64,000 bases of DNA, from IMG/VR virus record IMGVR_UViG_3300037452_000118, positions 1-64,000 of that record. One strand, given 5' to 3'. This DNA is from a virus. Numbering within the stretch: position 1 is the stretch's first letter; the number at the start of each line of letters is the position of its first letter. Positions 61,655 to 64,000 of the stretch are shown here, piece after piece. Under the pieces are notes generated by a model. That model did no database searches, was not told where the DNA came from, and saw nothing but the letters and a program-made list of their open reading frames with translations. A program made the position numbers and the translations under genes.

Positions 61655-62529
61655 CAGTATCGAAGGGAAAAGGAGGGGAAAAGCCGCGCAGTAAGGCCAA
61701 TCCGTTGCCCCCGGTCAAAAAGCGGACACCGCAAGTAGACCGTGGAGGGCAGCGAGCGCGGCGGCCCCCTCCCTGAAGGAGCAAGCATGACACTGCCAAC
61801 AGTCGAGAAAAACACGGTCCTCGTGATCCGCACCGATGGAAGGGAGGAGATCGTCAAAGGCAAGCCGAAGGTCGCGGCGATGCACGCGATGATCGGGGCC
61901 GAAAGCCTGGACTTCGTCCGCATCGGAAAACTCGTGCCGAGCGACCTGACGATGGCAGTCGACGACTTCGGCTGGGAGACGGAGCGGATCGAGACGCCGG
62001 GCAAGGTCGAGCTGCGCCCGGTCCGGGCGCGGAAGCCGATCAACGCCAAGGCGACCGCGCTCTACCTCGCGGTCTGCCGCCCCGGCACGACGCATCAGAT
62101 CGCCGGCGACGTCGCGGTTTTTCACGACGAGGACATCGGATAACGGTAGACTTTCGGCGCCGGGGCGGCCACATATCGCGGCATGGCCCCTCAACGTCAC
62201 CAGCCAGCAGAAGATCGCCGCGCAATGGCGCGCCGCCTGGGCGCGACGAAGCATACATTCATCGCGTGGCTGTCTTACCAGCGAGGAGCGGCCTACGTAT
62301 TGGCCGCTCGATTGGAGTACCACGGCCATGAACCAGGATTACATTGCCATGCGTCGTGCGGCGACCTGGATGAGCTTCCTGCCGGAGTCGTGAAGCCCTT
62401 CGGCACCCGACGTGTGCCACAATACGGCACGTTTCACAGGCGAGTAACCTACGAAATGACAGAATCGTCAGCGCTCAGTTTGTCATTCGAATTTTTTGGG
62501 GTAAATGCGCCGCCAGAAGGTGCGATGAT

Positions 62530-63315
62530 ATGAACAAGGAGCAGCTTTGCCACGCTTTCTGCAATGATCTCAAGGTCCAGCAGGTCCCTGCCGGACTCGC
62601 CGTCACAACTGCGTTCGCCGCTGCTGACGGCGATCATATTGGCTTTTACATAATCAACGAGGGTGGCCTGTTCCGCATTGAAGACGATGGCGCCACCCTT
62701 CCATATTTGGAAGCCAGCGGCGTTGATTTTCGTTCCGGTACGCGAGGCGAGGCCCTAAGCGAACTGCTTGGGGAATATGGCGTTCATATCGATGAGACGA
62801 CACAAGAGTTTTATATCGCGCAGTTGAACGAGGAAGAGGTTCCTGCGGCGGCGCTCAAGTTCGTCGCATTTTCATTGCGTGTCCGAGACTTCATGTTGAT
62901 GACGGAGTTTCGTGTTGCCACGACATTCCGTGAGGATGCCGCCAAGCTGCTTAAGGAGGCGGTGAGCGGGAAGGCTCGTTTCGAGGAAAACCAAAAGATC
63001 AGCGACAACCTTGCGGACTTTCCTGCAGATTTCGTCCTTCGCGCTCCTCATCGTCCTCCGGTTGGAGTATATCTTGGCATCTCGGATAACCGTATCCTAG
63101 AGGCGCTTTTCATGCACATGCGAGCGCTGCACGAAGTACATGAACCCGTTCAGATCATTGCGTTGCTTGAACGTGGTCGTGGGATCAGCGCGAAGGTAAG
63201 ACAACAAGCAATGAATCGCTTAGACGCAGTGACTGAATTTAGAGGCGATGAAATCGCAGCGGTTCAGCGCATTGCGCGTGCGGCTCTTGGAGAGGCTCCC
63301 CGTGTTGCCCATTGA
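62530..63315 (+). CDS. DUF1828-like protein
   Basis: TAF..ADGDHIGFYI...IEDDGAT.. pattern; lower GC, moron-like; coupled to 62183..62533. Confidence 0.6.
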   Translation: MNKEQLCHAFCNDLKVQQVPAGLAVTTAFAAADGDHIGFYIINEGGLFRIEDDGATLPYLEASGVDFRSGTRGEALSELLGEYGVHIDETTQEFYIAQLNEEEVPAAALKFVAFSLRVRDFMLMTEFRVATTFREDAAKLLKEAVSGKARFEENQKISDNLADFPADFVLRAPHRPPVGVYLGISDNRILEALFMHMRALHEVHEPVQIIALLERGRGISAKVRQQAMNRLDAVTEFRGDEIAAVQRIARAALGEAPRVAH

Positions 63316-63562
63316 TCCCAAAGCAAACCCAGAAGTCGAATTGCGCCCTGACGCTTGGCAACGATTCGAACGCGCCGTTGATGTTGTGGCTAAGTCGCCG
63401 CCGCAACATAAGACGAAGATTGACAAAATACGTGGCAAGCGGAAAGTAACGAAACTAAAGGCATCACCCAAGCGTTGAAATCTGAAGCCCACTCTTTCGG
63501 AGGCCCGTTTCATGGAACGCCCAGACCGACAAAATTCATGTGGCCTGCTCACATCAGACGGA

Positions 63563-64000
63563 TCAGCCTATTTCCCCAATCTCGTGAATAATTCCGGCTT
63601 TCAATGCAGCATCTGGGTCGATCGTGCCGGGGTTGCGAAAGTAGGTTTCAACGTCCTTGGCAGAGAGATTAGTGCGCTCGACAATAATGTCGGTCATAAT
63701 CTTCTCGCCAATCTTCAGCGTCTCTAGCGCATCTTCATAGACAACGCGGTGTGAGGTTCCTTGGAGCGGATAGAATGTTCCGTGGTGGCGGAAATAACTG
63801 TGCTTGCAAGCTCGTCGTTTTTCACCCGCTAAAAATATAATATTTGCGCCCGATGTCACCTCACCGATGTTGTGAGTGGTAACCGGAATTTTTATTGAGC
63901 GCAGAATATTATAGATCGCTATAGATGCTCCAATATCACCTCCAAGGCTGCTGATCGGAATAATTAGTTCCGTGATAGCTTTTGACGGGTCAGCCTGCGG
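63563..64000 (-). CDS. ClpP-like (S14) serine protease, 5'-truncated
   Basis: Minus frame reads ISSLGGDIGASIAIYNILRS..THNIGEVTSGANIIFLAG..FRHHG. Confidence 0.75.
   Translation of the reverse strand, partial: PQADPSKAITELIIPISSLGGDIGASIAIYNILRSIKIPVTTHNIGEVTSGANIIFLAGEKRRACKHSYFRHHGTFYPLQGTSHRVVYEDALETLKIGEKIMTDIIVERTNLSAKDVETYFRNPGTIDPDAALKAGIIHEIGEIG

Noticed and set aside
62183-63478. Insertion sequence at the right end
   Set aside because: Lower-GC moron-like genes, but no transposase or terminal inverted repeats were recognised in the window

Overview
The window is a GC-rich tailed-phage or prophage segment, probably from an alphaproteobacterial host (inferred from GC and gene style). 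From left to right it holds: (1) a replication and DNA-modification region with a T7 gp4/Twinkle-like primase-helicase carrying a LAGLIDADG intein, four DNA methyltransferases, PAPS-reductase-like, ParB-like and UDG-like genes; (2) a ~23 kb nucleotide-sugar/radical-SAM cluster interrupted by HNH endonucleases; (3) terminase genes; (4) a 2407-aa portal polyprotein with kinase-like, Nudix, Acb1-like 2H phosphoesterase and ADP-ribosyltransferase domains; (5) small minus-strand genes. The standout is a compact cassette at 34.2-36.7 kb: an RHH regulator, a RAMP/Cas7-like gene, a non-coding array of units built as n x (NN-GHY) + CAAC, an accessory gene and a second short array. This resembles the recently reported VIPR-type non-contiguous RNA-guide systems, but uses a GAY-dominated rather than GGY triplet. 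Reading the NN dinucleotides as codon positions 1-2, the first clean unit and the last unit match the two genes flanking the cassette (22/30 and 21/28 nt, in codon register). Two other units spell JAB-like and ThiF/E1-like motifs. All calls come from manual motif reading; no database search was run.
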